Assembly: GCF_001194135.2 (NCBI RefSeq)
Contig: NC_068983.1
Coordinates: 73,326,887 to 73,390,886, forward strand
Direction: 5' to 3'
From: Octopus bimaculoides
Lineage: Eukaryota
Length of the DNA: 64,000 nt
Positions within the stretch are counted from its first letter, which is position 1. The number at the start of each line of letters is the position of its first letter. The notes below the pieces were generated by a model. That model worked only from the letters and a program-made list of their open reading frames with translations, searched no databases and was not told where the DNA came from. Position numbers and translations under genes: made by a program. This document shows, piece by piece, positions 52,557 to 64,000 of the stretch.

Positions 52557-53577
52557 CCTCACTCGCTTATTCCCTTTCATCTCTATATTTCACTGTCGTT
52601 TCATCTTCCTGTTTTCTTACCACCAGCACTACCATCACACCATCATGCCATTACCATCTCCTCCGCCCCTTCCTCCTTCATATTCTGTAAATTGCTCTAC
52701 GGGCTCTCTTACTCTCTCTTTCCTCCCCTTCACTCACTTTCTCCCTTCCCTTCCCTTTCACACACTTCTCTCTTTTCCTTCCCCTTCACTCACTTTCTCT
52801 CTGTCTCTCTTCTTTTCATCTCTCCGTCCTTTTCGCCTTCTCTCGTCTCTTTATTTTTCTTTTTCAACAACTTATTATCATTCAATAGGCTCATTTCGTT
52901 ATTATCAACTTTTTCAGGTTTTCTTTCATTCTCCTCTAGAGGAGTAGGAGGAGAGTGGGAGGAATAAAGCATGCCCCCCTTCACCCTCATCCCACCTTTC
53001 CTCATTTTCATTTCTCGACCTTTTCATTGGTATCCCCTAAAGATATCAACCTTCTTCGAACCAATGAGTTTGAAAGCGAGAGCTCTAAGCGGCTGCCATA
53101 CGTGTTAGAAATAACAGTCAAATCTGCACCTAAGAAAAAAAAAGAAAGAAAAAGAAGGGCACCTTGGGGAATTTCAACCATATTTCGTGGTCTGCTACCA
53201 CAACAGCTCCTTTATAGGATCCAGTTAGCTCAAGACATCATCAGGAGGAACCACGTCCGGTTTCGGCCCCTACTCCTCTACCGTTTTGACGTGGCGCCTC
53301 CCCCCCTTTCGGAGAAACCTAGACGGTTTGCCAGAGATAAAGGACATAATGATTACAACTAGAAAGTCTTTGACCATGGGTTGCACCTGGGGTTAATCAA
53401 CATCAACAACAACTGCTATAGGCTCGAAAAACCTATGAAGGTACCTCAATGCCATTGATCGACCTGTTAGAAATACCGGTACCGGTGTAATACGGGATCT
53501 CCATACCATTGTGATCGACAGCAACTTAAATCTAGACCAGCTTGTGATCTACATTCAGAGTATTGTTGACGTTCGAA

Positions 53578-53998
53578 TACTCTTTTACTCTTTTACTTGT
53601 TTCAGTCATTTGACTGCGGCCATGCTGGGGAACCGCCTTTTTTAGTCGAGCAAATCGACCCCCAGAACTTATTCTTTGTAAGCCTAGTACTTATTCTATC
53701 GGTCTCTTTTTGCCGAACCGCTAAGTTACGGGGACGTAAACACACCAGCCTCGGTTGTCAAGCGAAGTTGGGGGGGGGGACAAACACAGACACACAAACA
53801 CATGCACACACACACATACATATATACATATATACGACGGGCTTCTTTCAGTTTCTGTCTACCAAATCCACTCACAAGGCTTTGGTCGGCCCGAGGCTAT
53901 AGTAGAAGACACCTACCCAAGGTGCCACGCAGTGGGACTGAACCCGGAACCATGTGGTTGGTAAGCAAGCTACGTACCACACAGTAACTCCTGCGCCT
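53578..53998 (-). mobile_element. SINE family A, full length
   Basis: Near-consensus tail, microsatellite and head ending ctcctgcgccta. Confidence 0.9.
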
Positions 53999-54020
53999 AT
54001 GGATGTAAAATCTATTTAGA

Positions 54021-54260
54021 TTAATCTGAGTGGATGACAGAGCTTGCTTGCACTTCTCCTTGGATACTTGGCTCTAGAGTAGCTCTGTCTCTTTTTGAAA
54101 CATAAAAATAGCAACAATCTAAGCCATTTTTAAGTTCGAAGACCCATGGGCCATCTATTCTTCGTCCATGATTTCTATTGTTCACAACATCTGCCCCACT
54201 GTCAGTTGATTCGTGTCCTTTGATCACCAGTAAGAAGACGACTTCGGTTGGAAGTTGAGT
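54021..54260 (-). pseudogene. Merlin/IS1595-like (ISXO2-type DDE) transposase fragment
   Basis: NHGRRIDGPWVFEL...YFYVSKRDRATLEPSIQGEVQASSVIHSD fits my recollection of the Merlin pattern NRGR..WVFG..V..R...TL.P.I...I.SD. Confidence 0.7.
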
Positions 54261-54384
54261 AAATAGATGAATTTTAATTGCAGATCAAAAAGTTGGTGTA
54301 GATCGCAAACTATACCATTTGAACTAATGTAGATCACAAGATATACCAGAAACATGTATGTAGATCACATACTACACCGACACC

Positions 54385-54920
54385 GAAATACCAGCCAGAA
54401 CTCCCTCAAATCACACCTGACTGTCTTATACTTGAGTAGTTAAATAGTCAGTCCCTAATATACAAAAAAAAAAAAAAAAAAAGACATGATGGTCACGGCT
54501 TGGTGTCCCTTCGAGCACAGGGCTACTCGGTCAGTGCTGACCTTGGGCTAAGCAACAATAGCTACCAATACTATTACTATAATGAGGGTGATTACATGGT
54601 TGCTCACTTCTCAAGAGATATTAACTAAATCTCTCTCTCAAACTACTATCCACCCATCTTTAGTATAGAGCATCTGAGAATGTGGTTTTAGATGTTACTT
54701 CGATCAGAGCTGCCCTTGAGCTGAATAACAATTATTCTAGCCCCTCTCCATTACACTTCTATGTATTAATTAAAAGGAAGATCTGCAAGAAACGCTGGCC
54801 TAATCTCCCTTAAAATCACATCTGACTGTTTTAAAGAAAAGGAAGATGTAACAAAAGACAGTATGGTCACAGCTGAAACACCTCTAATTATACATCTACT
54901 CAATCAGGAGTATATAACCT
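54385..54920 (+). repeat. Cluster of family D repeat fragments
   Basis: ctccctcaaatcacacctgactgtc...gctgaccttgggctaagcaacaa occurs at ~54390, with weaker copies at ~54620 and ~54790. Confidence 0.55.
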
Positions 54921-55036
54921 CAACGACTCATCTTTACTCTTTCAACGCTTATCTACCAGAGAAGCCCCATTGAAAATGATAGATGGAAACTGCCAATACA
55001 TGCATACGTACGTACATACATACATACATACATACA

Positions 55037-55067
<31 letters not shown>

Positions 55068-55494
55068 TGGGATATGTAACACTGCCTAAATACTAATTAT
55101 GAGAAATTATGCTTCCCAAATCCAGAAAGGAGAAAGCTGATTCGAAGTCTACAGATCCAAGCAACCACTGGAACTAAAAATCTGTAAAACTTTCCAGAAG
55201 TTTATCATTTAAGCATATATGATCATGTCTAGATATGCAAGTGTATGCATGAGAAGACATACATAAAACAAAACATACAAATCTGCAAGTATACATACAT
55301 GCACGCATACATACATACATACATACATACATACATACTCTGTTGTTAATGTTGAAATTCCGATGAAGGAGCCTTGGATCTAGGTTAGAAACTTTCTCTA
55401 TTGGCAAGAAATCTTGGAATAAAAACTGAATAATGACGTATATACATACATACATGCATACATACATACACACACATGTATTTATATATCTTAT

Positions 55495-55870
55495 ATCTTT
55501 TACTTGTTTCAGTCATTAGACTGCGGCCATGCTGGGGCACCGCCTAGAAGAATTTTAATCGAATGTATCGACCTCGGACTTATTTTTAAAGCCTGTTATT
55601 TATTCTATCGGTCTCTTTTGCTGAACTGCTATGTTATGTGGGTGTGAATACACCAGCACCGGTTGTCAAGCGGTGGTGGTTGTGGTGGAACAAACACACA
55701 CACACATATATACGATAGGCTTCTTTCAGTTTCCGTCAACCAAATCTACTCACAAGGCTTTGGTCGTCCCGGAGCCATAGTAGAAAACACTAACTCAACG
55801 TGCCACGCAGTGGGACTGTGAACTCGAAACCATGTGGTTACATATATACATATACACTTGCATACATACA

Positions 55871-55902
<32 letters not shown>

Positions 55903-56050
55903 CGACGGGCTTCTTTCAGTTTCCGTCAATCAGATTCACTCACAAGGCTTTTGTTGGCCCCAGGGTATAGTAGGAGATGCCTGCCCAAAGTGTCACGCTG
56001 TGGAACTGAACACAAAACCACATGGCTGGGAAGGAAATATCTTACCTCAC
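55495..56050 (-). mobile_element. SINE family A followed by a second, partial head-region copy
   Basis: The block atatacga(t/c)(a/g)ggcttctttcagtttccgtcaa...cacaaggcttt occurs at ~55710 and ~55900. Confidence 0.75.
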
Positions 56051-56218
56051 AACCTTTCGTTACCACAAGATCCCCACCCCCATCTGCCACCAGCACCCGA
56101 GACAGTGCTCCATGTTAACCTGACCGCGACAGCTTAGCCTCCAATATGGAAATTCATTAGCTACTATTTTCAGCATACATACATATATACTACATGTTTA
56201 CGCGCACGCATACGAACG

Positions 56219-56264
<46 letters not shown>

Positions 56265-57340
56265 AGCGTGTACACGAAATTGTTCTCGTTCTCCGCTCTC
56301 AAGCGCATATCATAGACATATACGCTTCGTCACCCACGTAAGCACGCAGACACGCTCATAGATATTGGTACGCACATACACAAGAAGACATTCGCTGACT
56401 TACCTATTCGCACACACATATACACATACAGACGCGCGCGCGTACAAACATTCACGCACACATATACACAAACATACTCAGTAAATATACACAAACTCAC
56501 ACATATACACAAACATACTCAGTAAGTTTTTCTTAATGAACCGATGGTCTTGAGCTAAATAATTATATACACACTCATATACATTCATACTTACATATAT
56601 CTCGATATGTACAGCTGTTTATATGTGTGTGCGTGCGTGCGTGCGTCCATATACATTTACACATGTATACATTTATATTCGTGTATGTGTGTCATCAACA
56701 AATAAATAAATATGGCTGCTTTTTGCCTTTTCTTTTCCCCTTTATTTCGTACTTAGATGAAACGCTCGGCTAATAACTTTCTTAGATCCCCTGCCTCGAG
56801 TAAGCTGCTACATCGCGAGGGTGATCATGTCTACGTATAAACTAAGAGGCCCTGTGCGTTGCAACGGAGACGTTCTCTGTCTGCTTCTCTTTGATGTGCA
56901 AACGCTTATGCCGTTGTTTCTAATCACAACAACAGTAAAGCACTGTTGAAATAATATTACCGAAAAAATAAATAAATGATTAAGAAAGGCAGAAAGATAA
57001 CAAAACTAAAATAAAATAAAATAAAAAGAGAAGGTAATGCGACTGTGGGGGTGATTTCTTTTCTTGTGACATTAGATGCCAACATGGATAACCAGCATGA
57101 ATTGGGGTGGTGGTGGTGGTGGGGGGACATCTTACCCACTACAGCCATCCCATCCTCAATACCTCCAGCATCATCACTATCATCACCACAACCACTACTA
57201 GTGTAACTTTAACACCACCACCACCACCACCACTATAACTATTACTAATACCACCGTCAGTAAATGTATTCTGCCAACAGCAAAAGTAGTAACAAGGTTG
57301 TCAAAGAATGCATGTATAGAGTGTTGGATAGGGTGTTACA

Positions 57341-57377
<37 letters not shown>

Positions 57378-57489
57378 GTGTACGCACATATACACATGTA
57401 CTATATGTATTGTGTATGTAATATGTATTGAAACTACCTATCGCCATTGTACACAAAGAAACACATCTTCTCACTATTATATATAAACA

Positions 57490-58316
57490 AGCGCGGGCGT
57501 AGTGGAAAACATATTTCCCTGTCATCACGTGACTGATTATTATTTGAAGCGGCAACTGCTTCATACCGTTCCCTCCAGAACGCAAACTGACCAATCACAG
57601 CCCTTAATAAGGTCACGTGATAGTGTTTTTCTAATACCTCTCCGGGAGCCTACCATCAACTATAAATAGACCAAATTATACCCGGCAAATTCGTCTCGGT
57701 TCAGATCTCTTAGAGACCTGTTCCGTGTACCACACAGATCAGCAGCAGCATCTCCAGCTACGACTACCACCGACGTCGCCATCAGCAACACGACACTACG
57801 ACTACCAGCATCATCGCCACCAGCGTCAACACCACTTCAACTACGAACTACAAGATTCGCCAACATAGTCAACACGACTTTTCACGTACACCAATAACCA
57901 AACTACCGCGGCACATCTCTCTCTCTTCGATTCTATTTGTGTGATTCTTCTTCACCACGATAAATAATAGACAAGAGTTCAGCCTGCAACCGGCCCGGCA
58001 TGGAAGCCACAACATCACAACTAGTGATCGCCCTGCCACATACACGCCTCAACTTCTTTCATACAAATTCTTCCTATTGTGTACTCTAAGAACTGGTATA
58101 AATGCTCACACGTGTTACTGACTCTTTTCTTTACACTCTTTTCTTTATACGGCGGCCTGTCTTTTATTATATTTTCATTATGTCGCATTCACACTCACAC
58201 ACAGACATACATTTTAATGTCACAATAAATATTTCTGTTATTCATCTCATACGGTTGTCTTCTATCGTCTTAATTACTGGTCATTTACTAACGCACTATG
58301 TTATCGTAGTATAACA
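57490..58316 (+). other. LTR-like or pLTR-like segment with promoter motifs and a polyA signal
   Basis: gaccaatcac (57589), gtcacgtga (57612), tataaata (57661), aataaa (58224); CpG-rich relative to its flanks. No TG..CA ends or TSD confirmed. Confidence 0.4.
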
Positions 58317-58921
58317 TATTTGTATATCATCTCAGATATATAATTTTTGTGTTCGACCGTGTGACGCGTTTCAAATAAAAGGAGTCCTGTTTTTCCATTC
58401 GTTACCATTTCTCCTTTTTGAGTTCGCACGGTCGTTCTTACATATATATATATATTGATAGAAATGGTAAGACAACAAATGAATGAAAGAGACCTCGATC
58501 TTGTGTAAATAGAGGAATTTATCTGTAAATAATGTGACAATTATTCGGTATCCACGATAAAACTCCGAGTTTCGGATGTCGGGGCATTTTTTTTTGATGG
58601 CCCGATAACTGAAGAGATACCGGCGTGGGTTTCCGCCCCGACATCCAAANNNNNNNNNNNNNNNNNNNNNNNNNNNNNNNNNNNNNNNNNNNNNNNNNNN
58701 NNNNNNNNNNNNNNNNNNNNNNNNNNNNNNNNNNNNNNNNNNNNNNNNNNNNNNNNNNNNNNNNNNNNNNNNNNNNNNNNNNNNNNNNNNNNNNNNNNNN
58801 NNNNNNNNNNNNNNNNNNNNNNNNNNNNNNNNNNNNNNNNNNNNNNNNNNNNNNNNNNNNNNNNNNNNNNNNNNNNNNNNNNNNNNNNNNNNNNNNNNNN
58901 NACACTGGCACATTTCTTTAG

Positions 58922-59310
58922 TAGGCGCAGGCGTGGCAAGAAGCTTGCTTCCCAACCACATGGTTCTGGGTTCAGTCCTACTGCATAGCACCTTGAGCAA
59001 GTGTCTTCTACTATAGCCTCGGGCAGATCAAAGCCTCGTGAGTTGGATTTGGTAGACGGAAACTGAAAGAATCCCGTCCTATGTATATATTTATATGTGT
59101 GTGTGTCTCTGTGTTTGTCTCCCCCCTCGCCATCACTTGGCAACCGATGTTGGTGCGTTTACGTTCCCGAAACTTAGCGGTTCGGCAATACAGACCGATA
59201 GGATAAGTACTAGGCTTACAAAGGATAAGTCCTTGGGTGAATTTGTTCCATCAAAGCAGTGCTCCAGTATGGCCGTAGTCAAATAACTGAAACAAGTTAA
59301 AGAATTAAAG
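58922..59310 (+). mobile_element. SINE family A
   Basis: taggcgcaggcgtggc...gcagtgctccagtatggccgtagtcaaataactgaaacaag. Confidence 0.85.
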
Positions 59311-59334
59311 AATGTGTGTGTGTGTGTGTGTGTG

Positions 59335-60325
59335 TTCGGCTCATACTTTCTGAAAATTTAAAATCAAGTGAAAAATTTCAAATTTGGTATATTGATGTAA
59401 TTTTTCAAGTTGAATCTGATGTTATTCACTTGTTTCAGAAAAATGTTACAAAGGTTTAAAGTTTGATTATTTTACCCAATTACAAAACAAGCTTTGGAAA
59501 CTGGCATTTTGTGCGTGATGATATTACGGCAACAAAAATTCAACGACGAAAGTTTTAATAAGTTTTAATGAATAATGTAATGTAAAACATGCCTGTTGAC
59601 ACAGGCATATAAACAATATAAAAAACGAAACCGTCAATGATTTTTTTTTGCGAAATATTACAATACATTTTTTGTAGCGAATGTTCAAAAACGAATGTTT
59701 ATCTCGGAGTTTATCAAACAAATCACAAATTACAATTTTCTTATCTACTGCGCCACATAAACTCACCGAAATACAAGTCAACCATAGAACGGCAGGTTCT
59801 AGAGAATCGTGTATTCCCTCATTTTACAGAGACCCATGTACTTTCCACTCGTTGCGTATGGGTACTATCTTTCGAGTCAATAAACTCAACGCTGTGGTTC
59901 ACTGCTCTCGGTTTTCAGTTTCTCCATCATACTCGAAAAGTTAAACGAGTTTGCTGCGGTCATACTTCTATTTTTTCTTTTTAGGTTGAAAAGGTCCTGA
60001 AAAACAGATAGTTCAGAAATATGAAAATCAGGTAGTGACAGGAGCGAAAATATCCGTTTCTCGAAAAAAAAAAAAAAAAAAAAAATTCACTGGTGAAGCA
60101 GACAATACCTTAGCTTGTTACTCTGGAAACAGGTACCAATATGTCTGTTGATTTCGAGTGACTAAAATTACCCGAAATTTGCAAATTCTAAAAGCCATTA
60201 AGTTTTCATTTATTAATTTATGGCAAAAATGATTTTCATTTCCATAATTAGCATACGAAACTACATCAACACACCAAATTTGAAATCAAATGGAACAAAA
60301 TTAAAAGGAATTATAAAGTGTGACC
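59335..60325. mobile_element. Probable non-autonomous DNA transposon with subterminal inverted repeats
   Basis: tttcaaatttggtatattgatgta (~59377) versus tacatcaacacaccaaatttgaaa (~60261); cggctcatacttt versus aaagtgtgaccc near the ends. Confidence 0.45.
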
Positions 60326-60384
60326 CAAATAGAAAAGACCCATGTAAGTACATACGATAGTGGTGGGGGGACAAACACAGACAT

Positions 60385-60459
<75 letters not shown>

Positions 60460-60631
60460 AGTTAAAATCAAAGTTTAAATTTAAATTTAAAATATTAACT
60501 GTGTGTTAGGTATGTCCTTGGTAGTCTGCCAACAAAACACGTTCGCTGCCTATGGCTACCGTGGTATCCACGGTAATTGCACAATCGTTGCTGGATCTAC
60601 GTTAGGAATTCTTCAGTGCACGTTGAGTATA

Positions 60632-60925
60632 GTGGAAACAATGGATACGGAAGATAGAGTAAAGTACAAATTTTATTTATCAAAACTACCGTTTCGACAC
60701 CTGCTGCATCGCTAGCTCGCAGGTAGGAAACTATACAATGTATTATGGTGGTTTCCATCGTACATAAGCATGTTTCTGCACCGTGAGATGCTTCTGCATC
60801 GTGAAATGCACCGTAATTCATCGTATAGTTTCCCACCCGCGAGGAAGCGATGCAGGATGTGCCGAAACGATCGTTCTGATGAATAGTTTCCAGTATACTC
60901 TATTTGCCGTATCCATTGTTTCTAC
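60632..60925. repeat. Diverged foldback with ~120-bp arms
   Basis: gaaacaatggatacgg..atagagta...gtttcg.cac...ctgcatcgct..ctcgc.ggt.ggaaactatac.atg.atta.ggtg aligns with the reverse complement of 60808-60925. Confidence 0.75.
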
Positions 60926-60989
60926 TGAAACAGGAGCAGCACAAATATCAGTAGCATCAATGCCAAATATCAGTAACATCAATGCCAAC

Positions 60990-61319
60990 ACAGGGACACA
61001 CACTAAAATTCATGTCGAATCTTGTGAATCCAAATTTAAAATTCGCCTGAACAACCACAGATCTTCTTTCAGGGTCTCGGTGAGACGCAACACAACAACA
61101 CTCGCAGGATACATATTGTGCCTAAAGGACGATCATTCACCCTTTAACATCAGGTGGAAATTACTGGAAATGTGTGGACCCTCTCGCAATGGAACGAGAC
61201 TGTGTAAATTGTGTATGACAGAAAGATATATTATCCTCATGAACTCACATGAGCCAGGAGGCTACCTGAACACCAGGACGGAAGCCGTAGGGAGTTATCC
61301 ACATTTTCGGAAATTTTGA
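60990..61319 (+). pseudogene. Penelope-like element GIY-YIG endonuclease C-terminal fragment
   Basis: HVESCESKFKIRLNNHRSSF...LAGYILCLK...IRWKLL...CKLCMTERYII...LNTRTE...HFRKF fits the PLE GIY-YIG pattern YIG.T...F..R.N.H..SF...CxLC..E..I..LN.R.E. Confidence 0.8.
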
Positions 61320-61399
61320 CTTCAAAATTGGAAAACCTAGCTATCAAGCGAAGGAAGACAACTCGCCCGGCCATAATTTTTTAAGAGGAATATTTCTTG

Positions 61400-62105
61400 A
61401 ACTATCACCAGCGATCTTGTGTTAGGGAAACTCTTACAGGCACTCGAACCAAATGATAAACCAAAGCAAAAAAGAGTTTGCAGTTAACATGCTGGAACGA
61501 ATTTGAGGACGCAGCGTTCTTCACCCGAGTTTGTTTTAGTATTGAGGCAACCTTTCATGTTTCAGGGAAACTAAATACACATAATGTGAAGATCTGGGGA
61601 TCAGAACCCCCATGTGATTAGGGAACTTCACTGAAATAGTCTAAAGGAAAGGGGAGTATCTGGTATGGGATGATGTGCAATCGAATCATTGATCCATTTT
61701 TCTTCACAGAGAGATCAATTTCTGCTAACGTGTACCTTGACCTTTTGACTGAATATGTGGAACCACAACTGGATGACCTTCAACCAACTATCGTTTTCCA
61801 GCAGGAGGATACACAATCACACTGGGTCCTAAATCAAACATTTCCAGATCAGTGGATTAGAAGGGGTGGCCCAATTTCCTGGCCACCTCGTTGCTCGGAT
61901 GTTACTCCGTTGGACTTTTTTCTATGGAGTTATGTTAAAAACATTATGTATCGAACAGAGCTACGTGACATCAACGACCAGAAGCAAAGGATCACTGATG
62001 TCATTGCCACCATTGATAAGGCTATGCTACAGCAAACATGGCAAGAAATTGATTACTGTCTTGATGTGATTCGTGCAACTAATGGTGCCCATATAGACAT
62101 GTATC
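61400..62105 (+). pseudogene. Tc1/mariner-superfamily transposase remnant
   Basis: EATFHVSGKLNTHNVKIWGSE...VFQQEDTQSHW...WIRRGGPISWPPRCSDVTPLDFFLWSYVK...NGAHID. Confidence 0.88.
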
Positions 62106-62129
62106 AAATGAGGAAAAAAAATTCAATAT

Positions 62130-62780
62130 CTACTCATTTTAAAGCGCGATATTCGAGCAATTTTGCTATTCAACTTCAAAAAGCACGTAAAGCAGCTGAA
62201 ACTGCTTGAGATATCAACGAAACATTTGGTGTGGAAATTACTTGTGTGAGTGGTCAACTCGAAAATGGCTTAAACAATTTCGCAGTGGAGATCTGAGCCT
62301 TGAAGATCGTGAGTGTAGTGGACGCCCATCTATCATCGATGACGGTCAATTAAAGACTTCAGGCAAAAAAACTTCAGGTTAGCCAGAAAACTGCCTGCAA
62401 CCAGTTGCATTCGATCGGAAAATCATAAAAGATCGACAAATGGGTACCACACAATTTGAATGAAAATCAGAAAATGCGCAGTAATGAAATTTGCTCGGCT
62501 TTTCTTCTCTGTAACCAAACCGATTCATTTCTCGACCATATTGTAACTTGCGATGAAAAGTGGATTCTATACAACAATAAAAAAACGTTCTTCGCAGTGG
62601 TGAGACCAAAATGAAGCACCGAAAACCTTCCCTAAATCCGAGCTCTTCAAAAAGAAGGATATGGTGACTGTTTGGTGGTATACTGCTGGACTCATCCACT
62701 ATAACTTCTTAAAACCCGGAAAAACCATTACTGCAGAAATATATTGCCAGGAAATTGCCAAAATGAACGAAAAACTTCTT
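62130..62780 (+). pseudogene. Mariner (Mos1/SETMAR-like) transposase remnant, internally deleted
   Basis: RDIRAILLFNF..KAAETA*DINETFG, KWLKQFRSGDLSLEDRECSGRP, IVTCDEKWILYNN, MVTVWWYTAGLIHYNFLKPGKTITAEIYC. Confidence 0.88.
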
Positions 62781-62800
62781 GCAGTTACAGTTAGACTGTA

Positions 62801-62842
62801 TTTTTCTGATGAAGTCTAATAAGTCTGAAATATGTTCAGAGT
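62801..62842 (+). ncRNA. Decayed minimal hammerhead ribozyme candidate
   Basis: tttt CTGATGA agtct aata agtct GAAA tatgttc agag: core intact, helix II pairs at 4 of 5 positions, helix III is an imperfect palindrome. Confidence 0.45.
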
Positions 62843-63814
62843 GGTCACCTTATTGTTAAAGACCAGATCCACTTCCTATTGCATTTATTACTGAATAAAT
62901 TTTAAGAANNNNNNNNNNNNNNNNNNNNNNNNNNNNNNNNNNNNNNNNNNNNNNNNNNNNNNNNNNNNNNNNNNNNNNNNNNNNNNNNNNNNNNNNNNNN
63001 NNNNNNNNNNNNNNNNNNNNNNNNNNNNNNNNNNNNNNNNNNNNNNNNNNNNNNNNNNNNNNNNNNNNNNNNNNNNNNNNNNNNNNNNNNNNNNNNNNNN
63101 NNNNNNNNNNNNNNNNNNNNNNNNNNNNNNNNNNNNNNNNNNNNNNNNNNNNNNNNNNNNNNNNNNNNNNNNNNNNNNNNNNNNNNNNNNNNNNNNNNNN
63201 NNNNNNNNNNNNNNNNNNNNNNNNNNNNNNNNNNNNNNNNNNNNNNNNNNNNNNNNNATATATATATATATAGTTACATAGTTACAAAGTTAGAAATCGC
63301 AATAGAACTAAGTAAAGACTAAATAATTTCATTATGACAAAAATTAATACATCCTGAACTTAATAGGCTTCATCTTTCAAAAGAATCATTAACAGACAAT
63401 CGGTAAACGTGTGTGAATAATTAAGTTACTCATTATATGACATTCATAATTTTAAGAGATTAAAACATTTATCTCACTTGAAGGAGATCCTATTTCACGA
63501 TTATACAAATCGATGTAGTATGTGTATATAAGTAATTTTGTCGCCTCCACACATTTACCAGTCGCTTACTGATGATTCTTATCAAAGCTGAAACTTATTA
63601 GAAGCAGGATGTATTATCACTTGTCATAGAGTATATATGTGTTTTATGTGTATGCGTTTCTTGTGTGTGTGTGTGTGAATCTATCATATATATAAGAATG
63701 TGCATATACCTATATATATATATATATGTGCGCGCGCGCGCGCGTTTATACGCACACGCGCTCACACACAAATACACAAACACACAGACACACACACAGA
63801 CACACATACGCATA

Positions 63815-63975
63815 CGGGCGTGGCTGTGTGGTAAGAAGCTTACTTTCCAACCAGATGATTCCAGGTTCAGTCTCACTGCGTGGCAACTTGGGCAAGTGTC
63901 TTCTACTATAGCCACAGGCCGACCAAAGCCTCGTGAGTGGATTTGGTAGACGGAAACTGAAGGAAGCTTGCCGTA
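63815..63975 (+). mobile_element. SINE family A head, continuing past the window end
   Basis: gggcgtggctgtgtggtaagaagc...ttgggcaagtgtcttctactatagcc...ggtagacggaaactgaaggaag. Confidence 0.8.
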
Positions 63976-64000
63976 TATATATATATATATATATATATAT

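Overview
AT-rich, repeat-saturated animal genomic DNA from a draft scaffold, with 15 N-gaps totalling about 5.1 kb. The SINE families and microsatellite load suggest a coleoid cephalopod, probably Octopus (recognition only, not a database result). I find no intact protein-coding gene, rRNA, tRNA or CRISPR array; most ORFs in the track are microsatellite or N-gap artefacts. Supported content: (1) decayed DNA transposons: a pogo/Tigger element, two Tc1-like and three mariner-like remnants, a Merlin/IS1595-like fragment, and hAT-type and mariner-type MITEs; (2) non-LTR retroelement fragments: two R4/Dong-like, one RTE-like and one Penelope GIY-YIG; (3) dispersed SINE-like families, labelled A-E here, some with exact target-site duplications and with heads and tails swapped between families; (4) many microsatellites. 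The most interesting signals are a near-intact minimal hammerhead ribozyme motif at about 26.8 kb plus several decayed ones, a nest of retroelements in a (TAA)n tract at 41.2-42.8 kb, several foldback elements, and an unidentified segment present at 3.6 kb and 34.9 kb with near-open reading frames. Boundaries were read by eye and are approximate unless stated as exact.
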